A stretch of DNA of 64,000 bases, from the IMG/VR virus record IMGVR_UViG_3300033146_002768, positions 1 to 64,000 of that record. One strand, written 5' to 3'. The translations under genes and the position numbers were made by a program. The notes below the pieces were generated by a model. That model searched no databases. It was not told the origin of the DNA and saw only the letters and a program-made list of their open reading frames with translations. Of this stretch, positions 55,118 to 64,000 are shown one piece after another (within the stretch, counting starts at the first letter, position 1; each line of letters begins with the position of its first letter).

Positions 55118-55882
55118 ATGAATGACAATCTAGCTCAATTAATTCAAAATGAGCAAGTAGGACAACCAGTTCCTGCGACTGATTTTGAATCTCATGAAAA
55201 TGAACAACCTGTTGAACCTGATTCTCAAATTGAACAATCTTTGGTAGTTGAGTCAACATCTATTGAAGAAATTGGGGTTGTAATGTTATCTGAATGGTTT
55301 GAAGACAATAATGCAAATCTTGAAAGAGTTAATAGACTTAAGATTCAAGTTGTTGGTGTTGAACCTATGGAACGGTTAGTGTGTTCTGTATTAGACCCAA
55401 AGGGAGAAATTGATGATCATGGTCATCCTGTTAGACATCTTGAATTAATTAAGGATGCTAATGTATTTCCTGTTCTTGATCTTCCTGGTTGTGATATGGA
55501 TGTATATGGCAATGGTTTTCAAATTATGTATGATCTTCCAGACAATATAGTTCTTAAATGTTATGGAATCAAAACTGGACTGATTATTATATTTTGTTTA
55601 GCTGTTAATAATCAATTGATTCCATATGATAGAATTAAGTTGAAGAAAAAAGATCTGAATATAGCAGTATCTCAACCTAATAGAGAATATATCATTGCGA
55701 ATATTAATTCTGAATTAGATCTTGAAGGATTACAAATTCAATATAAACAAGTTCAAAAAGAACTGGATCAAATAAGTAATAAGCAATCAGCTATAGATTG
55801 GCTGCTTGGTAAACAATCTTTAGTTAGAGATATAAATCATCTACTTCAAATAGATGATATCTTGATATGGCTTATTAGTTAA
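55118..55882 (+). CDS. Hypothetical protein
   Basis: AGGAGG RBS. Confidence 0.7.
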   Translation: MNDNLAQLIQNEQVGQPVPATDFESHENEQPVEPDSQIEQSLVVESTSIEEIGVVMLSEWFEDNNANLERVNRLKIQVVGVEPMERLVCSVLDPKGEIDDHGHPVRHLELIKDANVFPVLDLPGCDMDVYGNGFQIMYDLPDNIVLKCYGIKTGLIIIFCLAVNNQLIPYDRIKLKKKDLNIAVSQPNREYIIANINSELDLEGLQIQYKQVQKELDQISNKQSAIDWLLGKQSLVRDINHLLQIDDILIWLIS

Positions 55883-55886
55883 TCTA

Positions 55887-55922
55887 AAAATGGCTGAGGT
55901 ATTAATTTATCTCAGCCATTTT
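55887..55922 (+). terminator. Intergenic stem-loop
   Basis: AAAATGGCTGAGGTA-TTAATT-TATCTCAGCCATTTT. Confidence 0.6.
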
Positions 55923-55931
55923 GGAGGAATA

Positions 55932-56186
55932 ATGACAAATATTAATGTTAGTTGTAAACATTGTGACGGAACTGGTATAACTAAGAACCCACAAAAAATG
56001 TTTGATGAAAAAGGAGCATTTAGATTAACTACTCAATTATGTCTTAAATGTCATGGAGAGGGTGAACTTGATTGGGTTGAAAATGTAGTAGGTAAAAAGA
56101 GTCGTAGTGATTTATTCTTAAAAGCAATGGAACATCCAACAACTCATATAAAGGAAAAAATTTATGGAGGAACTAAAGAAACATGA
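55932..56186 (+). CDS. DnaJ-type zinc-finger small protein (LDWxENVVGK family)
   Basis: CKHCDGTG...CLKCHGEGELDWVENVVGK. Confidence 0.65.
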   Translation: MTNINVSCKHCDGTGITKNPQKMFDEKGAFRLTTQLCLKCHGEGELDWVENVVGKKSRSDLFLKAMEHPTTHIKEKIYGGTKET

Positions 56187-56424
56187 AGTTATATGTGAAA
56201 AATGTAAAGGTAGAGGTAAAATATCAACTCCAATAAATCCAAATCATTTATATGGATATAACTATTCAATAGATGAGGAATGTACTAAATGTTGTGGAGA
56301 CGGAAAACTTGATTGGATTGAAAATGTTGTTGGAAAAAGAAAAATAAATAAATTTCATATGAATACGATGTATGGTTCATTTATTAAAAAGAATCATAGT
56401 TTAATAACTGTGACATCAGCATGA
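56164..56424 (+). CDS. DnaJ-type zinc-finger small protein (LDWxENVVGK family)
   Basis: CEKCKGRG...CTKCCGDGKLDWIENVVGK. Confidence 0.65.
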   Translation: MEELKKHEVICEKCKGRGKISTPINPNHLYGYNYSIDEECTKCCGDGKLDWIENVVGKRKINKFHMNTMYGSFIKKNHSLITVTSA

Positions 56425-56686
56425 AGAAAGGTATTGTCAAGTGTAGTCGGTGTAAGGGCACAGGAAAAATTAAAAAAAAGATAAATACACCATGGTCAAT
56501 TTTAAGCATATTAAATTTCAAATGGATGCTGAATGTCCTAAATGTTATGGAGAGGGTGAACTTGATTGGGTTGAAAATGTAGTAGGTAAAAGAAAATCAA
56601 TTAGGAGAATATATTTTGCTGGTGGTTCAACTATAAAATTTCCAGCAAATGTTATATTAAAATTGTCTGGAGGAAAGAAAAAATAA
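56421..56686 (+). CDS. Third LDWxENVVGK zinc-finger paralog, interrupted by a -1 frameshift at an A8 run
   Basis: ATG 56421 gives CSRCKGTG; CPKCYGEGELDWVENVVGK is in the -1 frame after AAA AAA AAG (56472-56480). Confidence 0.6.
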
Positions 56687-57411
56687 TGGACATCAACAAA
56701 ACATGTAAACTATTTTTAAAAGATGTATATCTTTATGATATATCAGCTTGTCATTACACGATTTTAGATCAACTTGGGTTTGATTTGTCATTGATTGACA
56801 AGGATGATAAACTTAAAAGAAATACTCAAATAGGTTTGTTGATGCGTGAAAATCCAAGACTAACAACAGTTTTAAGAACTACAACTATTTCAATCATTAA
56901 TGAATATATCAAACGTAATAATATTAAACCAGAAGAGCTTATATTAAATGCTTATGATGGTATTATTACAACAAGAAGATTAACAGAGACAACTGATGCT
57001 TATATTCCGATAGATATGCAGAAGTATTATGAGTATATGTTAATTGGGTTTGATAGACAAAAGTATTTAGCAAAGACTTATGACAAGGTTGATATTAAAG
57101 GAGTTTCACATAGATATTCTGAGATGGATACAATGTTTAAAAAACTTTTAAATCTAAATTTTGCTAATAAAAAATCAATATTTGTTGGTTTACAAAACAT
57201 TAAAGATGAAATAATGACAAGTGATAAAGTTAGATTATATTGTATTCCTATCGGGAATAATAAATATAGTGTATTCTTTAAAGGCTATGGTGAAACTCAA
57301 ATTTCAAGAACTATGATAAAGGTTTTAGATGCTAATGATATTGATAGAGAAAAATATTTTGAATTGTATCTTAGAACTTTTTGTGAATCAATTGTATTGG
57401 AGCATGCATAA
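56686..57411 (+). CDS. Small divergent family-B-like DNA polymerase catalytic (palm) domain
   Basis: Motif-A-like YDISACHY, motif-C-like AYDGII, and IKGV. Confidence 0.55.
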   Translation: MDINKTCKLFLKDVYLYDISACHYTILDQLGFDLSLIDKDDKLKRNTQIGLLMRENPRLTTVLRTTTISIINEYIKRNNIKPEELILNAYDGIITTRRLTETTDAYIPIDMQKYYEYMLIGFDRQKYLAKTYDKVDIKGVSHRYSEMDTMFKKLLNLNFANKKSIFVGLQNIKDEIMTSDKVRLYCIPIGNNKYSVFFKGYGETQISRTMIKVLDANDIDREKYFELYLRTFCESIVLEHA

Positions 57412-57725
57412 TGGCGATTACTATAGGAAAATTAAAATGTTTCTTCTGTGATAAAAAGGGTGGATTTTTTCATTCAGTTCATAAATATGGAGAATATGGT
57501 GTAGTAGGTGGCAGATATCATTATCATCCAGAATGTCTTTTAAGAATCCAAGAAAATCCAACAGGATTTACTCACATGGATGCTGACAAGGCAATTCATA
57601 TTCAAGAATTGAAAGTAAAAAATATAAAAGATAATGAAGATATTAACAACAAATATAATAATAAAATTAAGTCTTTGAAACGAGGACATTTTGAATCAAT
57701 GTTACCAGGAAATGGAGGAAAATAA
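57411..57725 (+). CDS. Zn-binding hypothetical protein
   Basis: CFFC...YHPEC. Confidence 0.6.
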   Translation: MAITIGKLKCFFCDKKGGFFHSVHKYGEYGVVGGRYHYHPECLLRIQENPTGFTHMDADKAIHIQELKVKNIKDNEDINNKYNNKIKSLKRGHFESMLPGNGGK

Positions 57726-57727
57726 AA

Positions 57728-57948
57728 ATGAGTTGTTGTGAAAAACAAGAAATAATAAGAGTTATGGGCAAGTGTAGTGATATGTGTCATGTAATGTATC
57801 CTGATGGAACTGAATCAGAAGGTATGGGGGTTCCAAGAGATATTAATATTGGCAGCGGGGATTATTTAGATTTTGATTACTGCAGAAACTGTGGGGTACT
57901 ATTGTAGGAGAATTTCCAGTAGAGATTCCAGGGAGTATTGAAGAATGA
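57728..57948 (+). CDS. Small Cys-rich protein (not in track), probable frameshift at a G4 run
   Basis: MSCCEK...GKCSDMC...GDY..F.YCRNCG. In-frame stop at 57905-57907; the shifted frame continues TIVGEFP... to a TGA overlapping the next ATG. Confidence 0.5.
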
Positions 57949-58166
57949 AACATACAATAGAAAGAATTAATCCTGATCTTTATATATTAGATGATTCTAT
58001 TCATATAAAATGGGTTGAACAATTTGGAAATGATAATGGTTGGTGTATATTTAATGAAGAATCTTCTTATCAAAAAACATTTAGAACATTTGAAAATGCT
58101 TTATTACAAGCAATGGATAAAACACCAAGAAAACCAGAAGTATTAACACCACCAGTGGGGGAATAG
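57945..58166 (+). CDS. Hypothetical protein
   Basis: Coupled ORF. Confidence 0.55.
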   Translation: MKHTIERINPDLYILDDSIHIKWVEQFGNDNGWCIFNEESSYQKTFRTFENALLQAMDKTPRKPEVLTPPVGE

Positions 58167-58167
58167 A

Positions 58168-59301
58168 ATGGCGAATTTAGAAAAGTTAAAAACATTAATA
58201 CCATTACAAGATTTAGAGCAATCAGCTCAACAGCAAATTTATGATGCTTTAGAATTAGATTTCTTAAAGACATTAGCAATTATGCCTGATTGTCATACAG
58301 GATATACTTTACCTATCGGTGGAGTAGCATTGCTTGATAATGTTATATCTCCTGAATATGTCGGATATGACATTGGATGTGGTATGTGTTGTATTACAAC
58401 TGAAAAGAAAGTTAAGAAACTTAAACCAAGACGACTACATGAAATATTTGATTCAATATATGAGTTGATTCCTGTTGGTGTAGGTGTACCAAGAAAGACT
58501 CCATATGACGATATTGAACATTTTATATCTGCATCTGGTAATAAAGACTTGAATAAAAAAGTTAATCAAAGACAATACATTCAAGTTGGAACCCTTGGAG
58601 CAGGTAATCATTTTATTGAATTAGGTGCTAATCAAGAAGGTTTCCTTACAGTTACTATACATTCAGGATCAAGAAACCCAGGTCATTCGATTGCTGGACA
58701 TTATATGCAATTATCTAAAAATGAAGATAAAGATTTACCAAATGGTTTTCTTCATTTTGATAGTGACTTAGGTCAAGCATATGCTCAAGATTTAAGTTGG
58801 GCATTACAATTTGCTCTTGATAATAGAAAATTAATGATGACTGAAGTTTTAGAAATTCTTAATTTTCAACCTTTTGAAATTCGTAATTATATTAGATCAT
58901 CTAATACTTTTATAAATGAAAATCATAACAATGCAACTATAAGAAAAGATGGTATTCTTCATAGAAAAGGCGCAACTCCTGCTGAGAAAGATGTTCTTGG
59001 AGTTATTCCTGGTACTATGAAATCTGGGGTTTATATTACTAAAGGTCTTGGTAATGAAGAATTTTTATCATCAGCATCTCATGGAGCTGGTCGAAAGATG
59101 AGTAGAAACCAAGCAAAGAAAACCTTTGTTTTAGATCAACATAAGTCGTGGATGAAAGGAATCATTGCTAAAGTTGAAAAGTCTACTTTAGACGAATGTC
59201 ATGGAGCATATAAAGATGTTACTAAGGTAATAAAAGCTCAGGAGGGAATTGTAATTGAAGTAGTTGACTATATTAAACCATTAATTAATATAAAGGGATA
59301 A
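58168..59301 (+). CDS. rtcB: RtcB RNA ligase
   Basis: MPDCH.G, VGYDIGCG, GTLGAGNHF.E, HSGSR, HN, HRKGA, PG.M, HGAGR, IKG. Confidence 0.95.
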   Translation: MANLEKLKTLIPLQDLEQSAQQQIYDALELDFLKTLAIMPDCHTGYTLPIGGVALLDNVISPEYVGYDIGCGMCCITTEKKVKKLKPRRLHEIFDSIYELIPVGVGVPRKTPYDDIEHFISASGNKDLNKKVNQRQYIQVGTLGAGNHFIELGANQEGFLTVTIHSGSRNPGHSIAGHYMQLSKNEDKDLPNGFLHFDSDLGQAYAQDLSWALQFALDNRKLMMTEVLEILNFQPFEIRNYIRSSNTFINENHNNATIRKDGILHRKGATPAEKDVLGVIPGTMKSGVYITKGLGNEEFLSSASHGAGRKMSRNQAKKTFVLDQHKSWMKGIIAKVEKSTLDECHGAYKDVTKVIKAQEGIVIEVVDYIKPLINIKG

Positions 59302-59304
59302 ATC

Positions 59305-59625
59305 ATGGAATTATATTACGAAAACATTAAAGACAAAAATTTTGTTGAGAAACTTGATGGCAAAGTGGTTATGGATTTTATCACAGTTAATACTGGATCT
59401 GTAAAAGATTGGACTATTTTTATGAATTGGGCATCTCATTTTCATAAATTAAAATCTCCATTTGTTATTACCGAGGATATTAGAACAAGATCTAATAAAC
59501 TAGATGATATATACAGAACTTTGTGGGTAGAAGAGAAAGCTCCACCGATGCTTAATGGAGCTAAAGAAAGAATTGAAATAGTGTTTGATATTTCAAAAAA
59601 TAATATAGGGGAATTAAAAAAATGA
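59305..59625 (+). CDS. Hypothetical protein
   Basis: ORF. Confidence 0.55.
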   Translation: MELYYENIKDKNFVEKLDGKVVMDFITVNTGSVKDWTIFMNWASHFHKLKSPFVITEDIRTRSNKLDDIYRTLWVEEKAPPMLNGAKERIEIVFDISKNNIGELKK

Positions 59626-60356
59626 TTAAAGATATGTTTCATATGATCATAGTGTTTCTTTTAACTATATCATTTATGACAATAATTGGTTGTGTCGATA
59701 CTTATGATGAAACAGATGAAATAGCAAATCAAAGATTTGAAAAGTTCACATCTCAGGAAAAGACTATTTATAAAGCAGTTCAAGATGTATGGGGGCAAAG
59801 ACCATTAAAATATGTTAGAGAAGCAGCAGGTAGAAGAGAAACAAGACCTGCTGAAAACATTTTACCATTTAAAGATATTGCTAATGTTATTAAATCTAAT
59901 AATTCAGCATCATTAAAATTAGATGCTGGATGGCAAGCAAGTACCAAGAATAAATATATTAAAGCTCGCTGGGATAGAGTTGATGAAAAATGGTATAGAG
60001 AATTAATGTTGACAATGGGGGTAACTGAAATTGTTAAACAAGATTTGATACCAGAATCTGTAGAAGAAGTTATATCTGATACACCCGAAGTTGAAAAAGA
60101 ATATATTCCTGCAGTTGTTGAAGAATATAATGATAATCAAGATGAAACAATTAAAATTAATTTAGAGGGAATTATTCCAGAATCTAAATATGATGATCTT
60201 TATTATGAAATACGACATTGTGATGAAGCAGTATTTACATATAAACAAATAATTGATGATCGTATATTAACTTGGGATGATTATGAATTATTAATTAGAA
60301 TTTCAATTAAATGTAAAGCAGTTAATATTTTAAATAAAATGGAGACCAGCAAATGA
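59622..60356 (+). CDS. Putative lipoprotein
   Basis: Hydrophobic N-terminus ending in a lipobox-like IIGC. Confidence 0.55.
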   Translation: MIKDMFHMIIVFLLTISFMTIIGCVDTYDETDEIANQRFEKFTSQEKTIYKAVQDVWGQRPLKYVREAAGRRETRPAENILPFKDIANVIKSNNSASLKLDAGWQASTKNKYIKARWDRVDEKWYRELMLTMGVTEIVKQDLIPESVEEVISDTPEVEKEYIPAVVEEYNDNQDETIKINLEGIIPESKYDDLYYEIRHCDEAVFTYKQIIDDRILTWDDYELLIRISIKCKAVNILNKMETSK

Positions 60357-61396
60357 TAAAAATTATTAAAACATCTGACAGCCACACTATTCGTTTTCGC
60401 CCTGAACATGTTAAATTTGTTGAAACAGATGAATATGCAATCATATTCAATCCTAAAACTGGTGAAGAAATTTTAACTGGTATCAATGGTCATCCCGATC
60501 CATTTGTATTACAATACCCAAGTATGCTTGATATCGGTATCATGGGGCATTGTGACAACGCTTGTACCTTTTGTTACCAAGGGGATAAACATGAACCAAA
60601 TATGTCCTTAGATGGATTTAAACTCATTATAGATCAATCTAAAGACTTTGTTAATCAAGTTGCTCTTGGTGGTAGAGGTGATCCAAATCAACATGAATAT
60701 TTTGAAGAAATATTAGAATATTGTCAAGCAAATAAGATAGTGCCCAACTATACTACTAGTGGAATTAATCTTACTGATGAACAAGTTTCTATATCAAAAG
60801 TTTATTGTGGAGCAGTAGCAGTTAGTATGTACAGCAATGCTTATACATGGTCTGCATTAAAAAGATTGATGGATAAAAATATTAAGACAAATATTCATTA
60901 CGTTGTTACTAATGATAGCATAGAAGATGCATGTCAGTTGATTCAAGGTAATGATATGTTTGATAGTAAAGTTGATCTTGATAAATTGAATGCAATTGTA
61001 TTTCTTTTATTTAAACCTGCTGGTAGAGGTAAAGATTTAGACTGGTCACCAACAACTGACCAGATAAAAGTATTTGCTGAATTAATTAAGAAACCTGATT
61101 GTAATTTTAAAATCGGAATGGATAGCTGTTTAGTAAATAAAGTTGCTCAAGTTAGAGAGTTAACTAAAATGGAAGAAATGTATGCAGACACTTGCGAAGG
61201 AGCAAGAATGTCGTGTTATATAACTCCTGATGAAAGATTAGTTCCATGTTCGTTTGGCAATCATGATACATATGGACTTGATATTTCAAAGGGTAATCTT
61301 AAAGAAATGTGGGATAATGGCAAACCTTTCAAGGATTTTAGAGAAGTATTAAATAATAAGAAAGCATGTTGCCCGTTCACAGTTATAGGATTTTAA
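60353..61396 (+). CDS. Radical SAM protein with a SPASM/twitch-like C-terminus
   Basis: CDNACTFC, GGRGDP, TTSG, CEGAR..CYITPD..LVPCSF, CCP. Confidence 0.9.
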   Translation: MIKIIKTSDSHTIRFRPEHVKFVETDEYAIIFNPKTGEEILTGINGHPDPFVLQYPSMLDIGIMGHCDNACTFCYQGDKHEPNMSLDGFKLIIDQSKDFVNQVALGGRGDPNQHEYFEEILEYCQANKIVPNYTTSGINLTDEQVSISKVYCGAVAVSMYSNAYTWSALKRLMDKNIKTNIHYVVTNDSIEDACQLIQGNDMFDSKVDLDKLNAIVFLLFKPAGRGKDLDWSPTTDQIKVFAELIKKPDCNFKIGMDSCLVNKVAQVRELTKMEEMYADTCEGARMSCYITPDERLVPCSFGNHDTYGLDISKGNLKEMWDNGKPFKDFREVLNNKKACCPFTVIGF

Positions 61397-61397
61397 T

Positions 61398-61595
61398 ATG
61401 ACTAATGATAATGAAACATGTCCTAAATGTGGTTCTAAAGATATAAGTTATGAATATGTTTCTTGTATGTGTTGTAGAACATATGAAGGTAATGGTACCA
61501 CTTGTTGGACAGTTCCAAAATGTAACAAATGTGGAAAAACAGGAACATACGGAAGTTCTCAAGGAGGATTTTGGGAAAAACCAAAAGGATGGTAA
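61398..61595 (+). CDS. Small zinc-ribbon protein
   Basis: CPKCGS...CMCC...CNKCG. Confidence 0.6.
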   Translation: MTNDNETCPKCGSKDISYEYVSCMCCRTYEGNGTTCWTVPKCNKCGKTGTYGSSQGGFWEKPKGW

Positions 61596-61596
61596 T

Positions 61597-62028
61597 ATGA
61601 AACTTAAACAAGATTTTATTACAAATAGTTCATCGTCAAATTATCTTGTTTTTATTCCTGAGAATTTTAATTTTTCAAAATTCAAACGTTTAATTGAAAA
61701 ATATGATATAACATATGCTCTTGAAAATAAAGAATGGTTTGATGAAGAAATAGAAACCAAGGAAGATTTTTTAAATGAGTTTGATGATAAATTTGGTGAA
61801 TTAATAAAAGAAGGAGAGATCTGGCAACATAGTATAGCATATGAATCAATAGCAATAGTCTTAGATAAACTTGATTTAGTTATTGGAACATATGAAGGGT
61901 CAGGATCTAATGATGGAGGATCAATGATTAATATCAACCAAGAAAGCATTAGAAAAAAAATGAAAACTGTAATCTCTGGAGGTTGGGGATTAAAATATGG
62001 AGGGTGGGGTCATGAAACTAAAATCTGA
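61597..62028 (+). CDS. TNSSS-motif protein 1
   Basis: Begins MKLKQDFITNSSSSNY at ATG 61597 (the track start 61450 overlaps the previous gene). Confidence 0.75.
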   Translation: MKLKQDFITNSSSSNYLVFIPENFNFSKFKRLIEKYDITYALENKEWFDEEIETKEDFLNEFDDKFGELIKEGEIWQHSIAYESIAIVLDKLDLVIGTYEGSGSNDGGSMININQESIRKKMKTVISGGWGLKYGGWGHETKI

Positions 62029-62365
62029 TTTTATTACTAATAGTTCATCAGCATCTTTTATTATGTCATTTAAAACTAAAGACAATATAAATCATGACGA
62101 GTTTAGAACTTTGTTTAATAAATATTTGGAAAGTTATAAAAGACAACATCCAAATAAATTAAGATTTTGGGATGCATCCATAATTTCAAAAGGTACTGAT
62201 GACAAAGGTGATCTGATTTATACAGTAGAAGATGGAACTACCATGTATAATGATATGCATGATATACCTGAATACATGAGACTATTAATGATTGAATCTT
62301 ATGTTAATGAATATGATTGGGGATTTCAAGTTGTTGGGTTTAAAGTAGAAGATGAACACTATTAA
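62012..62365 (+). CDS. TNSSS-motif protein 2
   Basis: MKLKSDFITNSSSASF. Confidence 0.75.
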   Translation: MKLKSDFITNSSSASFIMSFKTKDNINHDEFRTLFNKYLESYKRQHPNKLRFWDASIISKGTDDKGDLIYTVEDGTTMYNDMHDIPEYMRLLMIESYVNEYDWGFQVVGFKVEDEHY

Positions 62366-62377
62366 AGGAAAATTAAT

Positions 62378-62761
62378 ATGAAACAAAAAACAGATTTTGT
62401 AACTAATTCAAGCTCATGCTCTTTTATCTTTGTTGGTTGGATTTTCAATAAAGAAGAAGGAAAAGTTAAAGAGTTAATGGAAATGTTTGGTTCTAAATAT
62501 GATCCAGAATTTAGTGATTCTGAAAATATTTATGAAGTTTATGAAATTGATAATAATAACGGTCCTGATATTGTAATTGGAGATTATGATAATGGACTTA
62601 ATGAAGATAAAATATACGTAGGTAATCATAACAGAGTCAGTGAAGATGATACTATGGAATTATCAATTCAAGATATTATTGATTCTAATAAAGAAGTCAA
62701 AGATAAAGAAGGGTTTGATCCCAAAGATATTAAAATAGTCTCGAGGATTATGATGTGTTGA
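62378..62761 (+). CDS. TNSSS-motif protein 3
   Basis: MKQKTDFVTNSSSCSF. Confidence 0.75.
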   Translation: MKQKTDFVTNSSSCSFIFVGWIFNKEEGKVKELMEMFGSKYDPEFSDSENIYEVYEIDNNNGPDIVIGDYDNGLNEDKIYVGNHNRVSEDDTMELSIQDIIDSNKEVKDKEGFDPKDIKIVSRIMMC

Positions 62762-62762
62762 T

Positions 62763-63308
62763 ATGAAAATTAAACAAGACTTTGTTACAAATAGCTCAAG
62801 TACTTCTTTTACCTTTGTATTTAAAGGTACTACGAGAAATGATCTATTTGAACAACTTTATAAAAATAAAGAAGAATTTAATCTGGAGTATGATACCTGG
62901 GATGATAGATTATTTAAAATGGAAGTTTGGGATATAATATCAACTATATTAGGTTTTATTAAAAAAGATAAATATGACAGATATTATAAACCAGATATTT
63001 ATCCAGTTGCATCATTAGTAGAATATATTGAAAAAGAAATTCAAGATATGAAAAAGTATATTCAGGATACAGATGATGGCAATAAGTCTATGATTAGTTA
63101 TTATGATTCTGATATAAATAAAAGAGAAAAAGATCTCAAAGAAATAAATAGATTAATTGATACAGGTGAAATATTTTCAACATTTGAATTATCGTTTGGT
63201 AATGATGGTGTTGTTAGTGGTGATTTAGGAACTGTTATGGAGATGGAATGTGTTTGGGATGATTATGAGAATAAGGAATTTTTTATAGTCCGTGATAGTC
63301 AACATTAA
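62763..63308 (+). CDS. TNSSS-motif protein 4
   Basis: MKIKQDFVTNSSSTSF. Confidence 0.75.
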   Translation: MKIKQDFVTNSSSTSFTFVFKGTTRNDLFEQLYKNKEEFNLEYDTWDDRLFKMEVWDIISTILGFIKKDKYDRYYKPDIYPVASLVEYIEKEIQDMKKYIQDTDDGNKSMISYYDSDINKREKDLKEINRLIDTGEIFSTFELSFGNDGVVSGDLGTVMEMECVWDDYENKEFFIVRDSQH

Positions 63309-63343
63309 AAGAAATTATTTTCATATAAAGGAACATATTAAAA

Positions 63344-63721
63344 ATGAAAGACTTTAAATATTATACATTGTTTGGAGTTCGTCTTAGAAGAGGTGACAAC
63401 ATGATTCCTAAATATGATAGGGATTTTCTATTAAGATGGACTTCACATGAAAGAACTAATGCCGATAGAGCTAAAGCTATGGTTGATAATAAGATGTTTA
63501 AAACAACTGATGGTCAAGCTATTGCTGCTGTTGGTATTGGAAATGAAGCTCATTCTATTCATGGTATAAAATTGAGAGTAATTTATAATCCAGAAATATC
63601 TAGTCATCTATATGAAACAGATTTTGTTTTGACAGATGAATGGTTAGATTTATTAATTGACTCGGCTAACTATTCCGATCATGGTAAAAAAATGTTAGCT
63701 GAGTCTAAAATCCGTTTATAG
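63344..63721 (+). CDS. Hypothetical protein
   Basis: ORF with AAGGA RBS. Confidence 0.55.
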   Translation: MKDFKYYTLFGVRLRRGDNMIPKYDRDFLLRWTSHERTNADRAKAMVDNKMFKTTDGQAIAAVGIGNEAHSIHGIKLRVIYNPEISSHLYETDFVLTDEWLDLLIDSANYSDHGKKMLAESKIRL

Positions 63722-63730
63722 GAGAATGAT

Positions 63731-64000
63731 ATGAAACAGAAGCAAGATTTTATTACAAATTCAAGTAGTTGTAGTTTTGTTGCTTGGGGAATTTCAATGA
63801 ATGCTGAAGCTCTAAAAGAAACATGCGGGAAGAGATTATTTGAATTAAAACAAAGAAAAGATGACTTAGAAAAAGCTAAAAAAGCAACTGAGAGTGGAGC
63901 TTTTATGGTAATTAAAAGTGATTTAAAAGAAGACCCAAAAGAATTAGAAGAATTTCTTGAAGATGTTGACTTTGTTTGGGAAATTGAAAGTTTAATTCCA
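63731..64000 (+). CDS. TNSSS-motif protein 5, 3'-truncated by the window end (not in track)
   Basis: GGAG RBS; MKQKQDFITNSSSCSFVAWG..., open to the end of the window. Confidence 0.75.
   Translation, partial: MKQKQDFITNSSSCSFVAWGISMNAEALKETCGKRLFELKQRKDDLEKAKKATESGAFMVIKSDLKEDPKELEEFLEDVDFVWEIESLIP

Noticed and set aside
303-61949. All minus-strand ORFs in the track (e.g. 11925-12356, 25507-25851, 42015-42311, 42453-42791)
   Set aside because: They are antisense shadows of strong + strand genes, with no motifs or RBS.

Overview
Very AT-rich, gene-dense segment of a large (jumbo-type) bacteriophage genome. Essentially all genes lie on the + strand, and the short - strand ORFs in the track look like shadows. 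Core machinery: two separate multisubunit RNA polymerase beta/beta' sets, a split type II topoisomerase, an SF2 helicase, Mre11/Rad50, an SSB-like protein and a small family-B-polymerase-like protein. Accessory genes include a MoxR/vWA pair, QueD, FolE2, RtcB, four radical SAM enzymes and many intact or decayed homing endonucleases. Main points: (1) A compact phage-encoded ubiquitin-like conjugation cluster at 37.6-45.0 kb. It has an E2-family-D protein with a long extension, a JAB peptidase, a ThiF/E1, a head-to-tail 'polyubiquitin-like' protein of two Rho_N-Ubl units each ending KPAGRKG, a second ThiF-like protein and a possible second E2, and it sits just upstream of the second RNAP. (2) The first RNAP beta' is fractured exactly at its catalytic (D)FDGD motif by a split intein whose halves flank a free-standing HNH gene. 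The ORF track misses both halves, and about 20-25 conserved codons appear to be missing after the intein. (3) A radical SAM gene is followed by five paralogs sharing only an N-terminal MKxKxDF(I/V)TNSSS motif. (4) A non-coding region carries a ~108-nt hairpin whose stem mismatches are G-U wobbles. (5) Inserted genes are flanked by duplications of the upstream gene's 3' end and RBS. All calls come from reading motifs by eye; no database searches were run.
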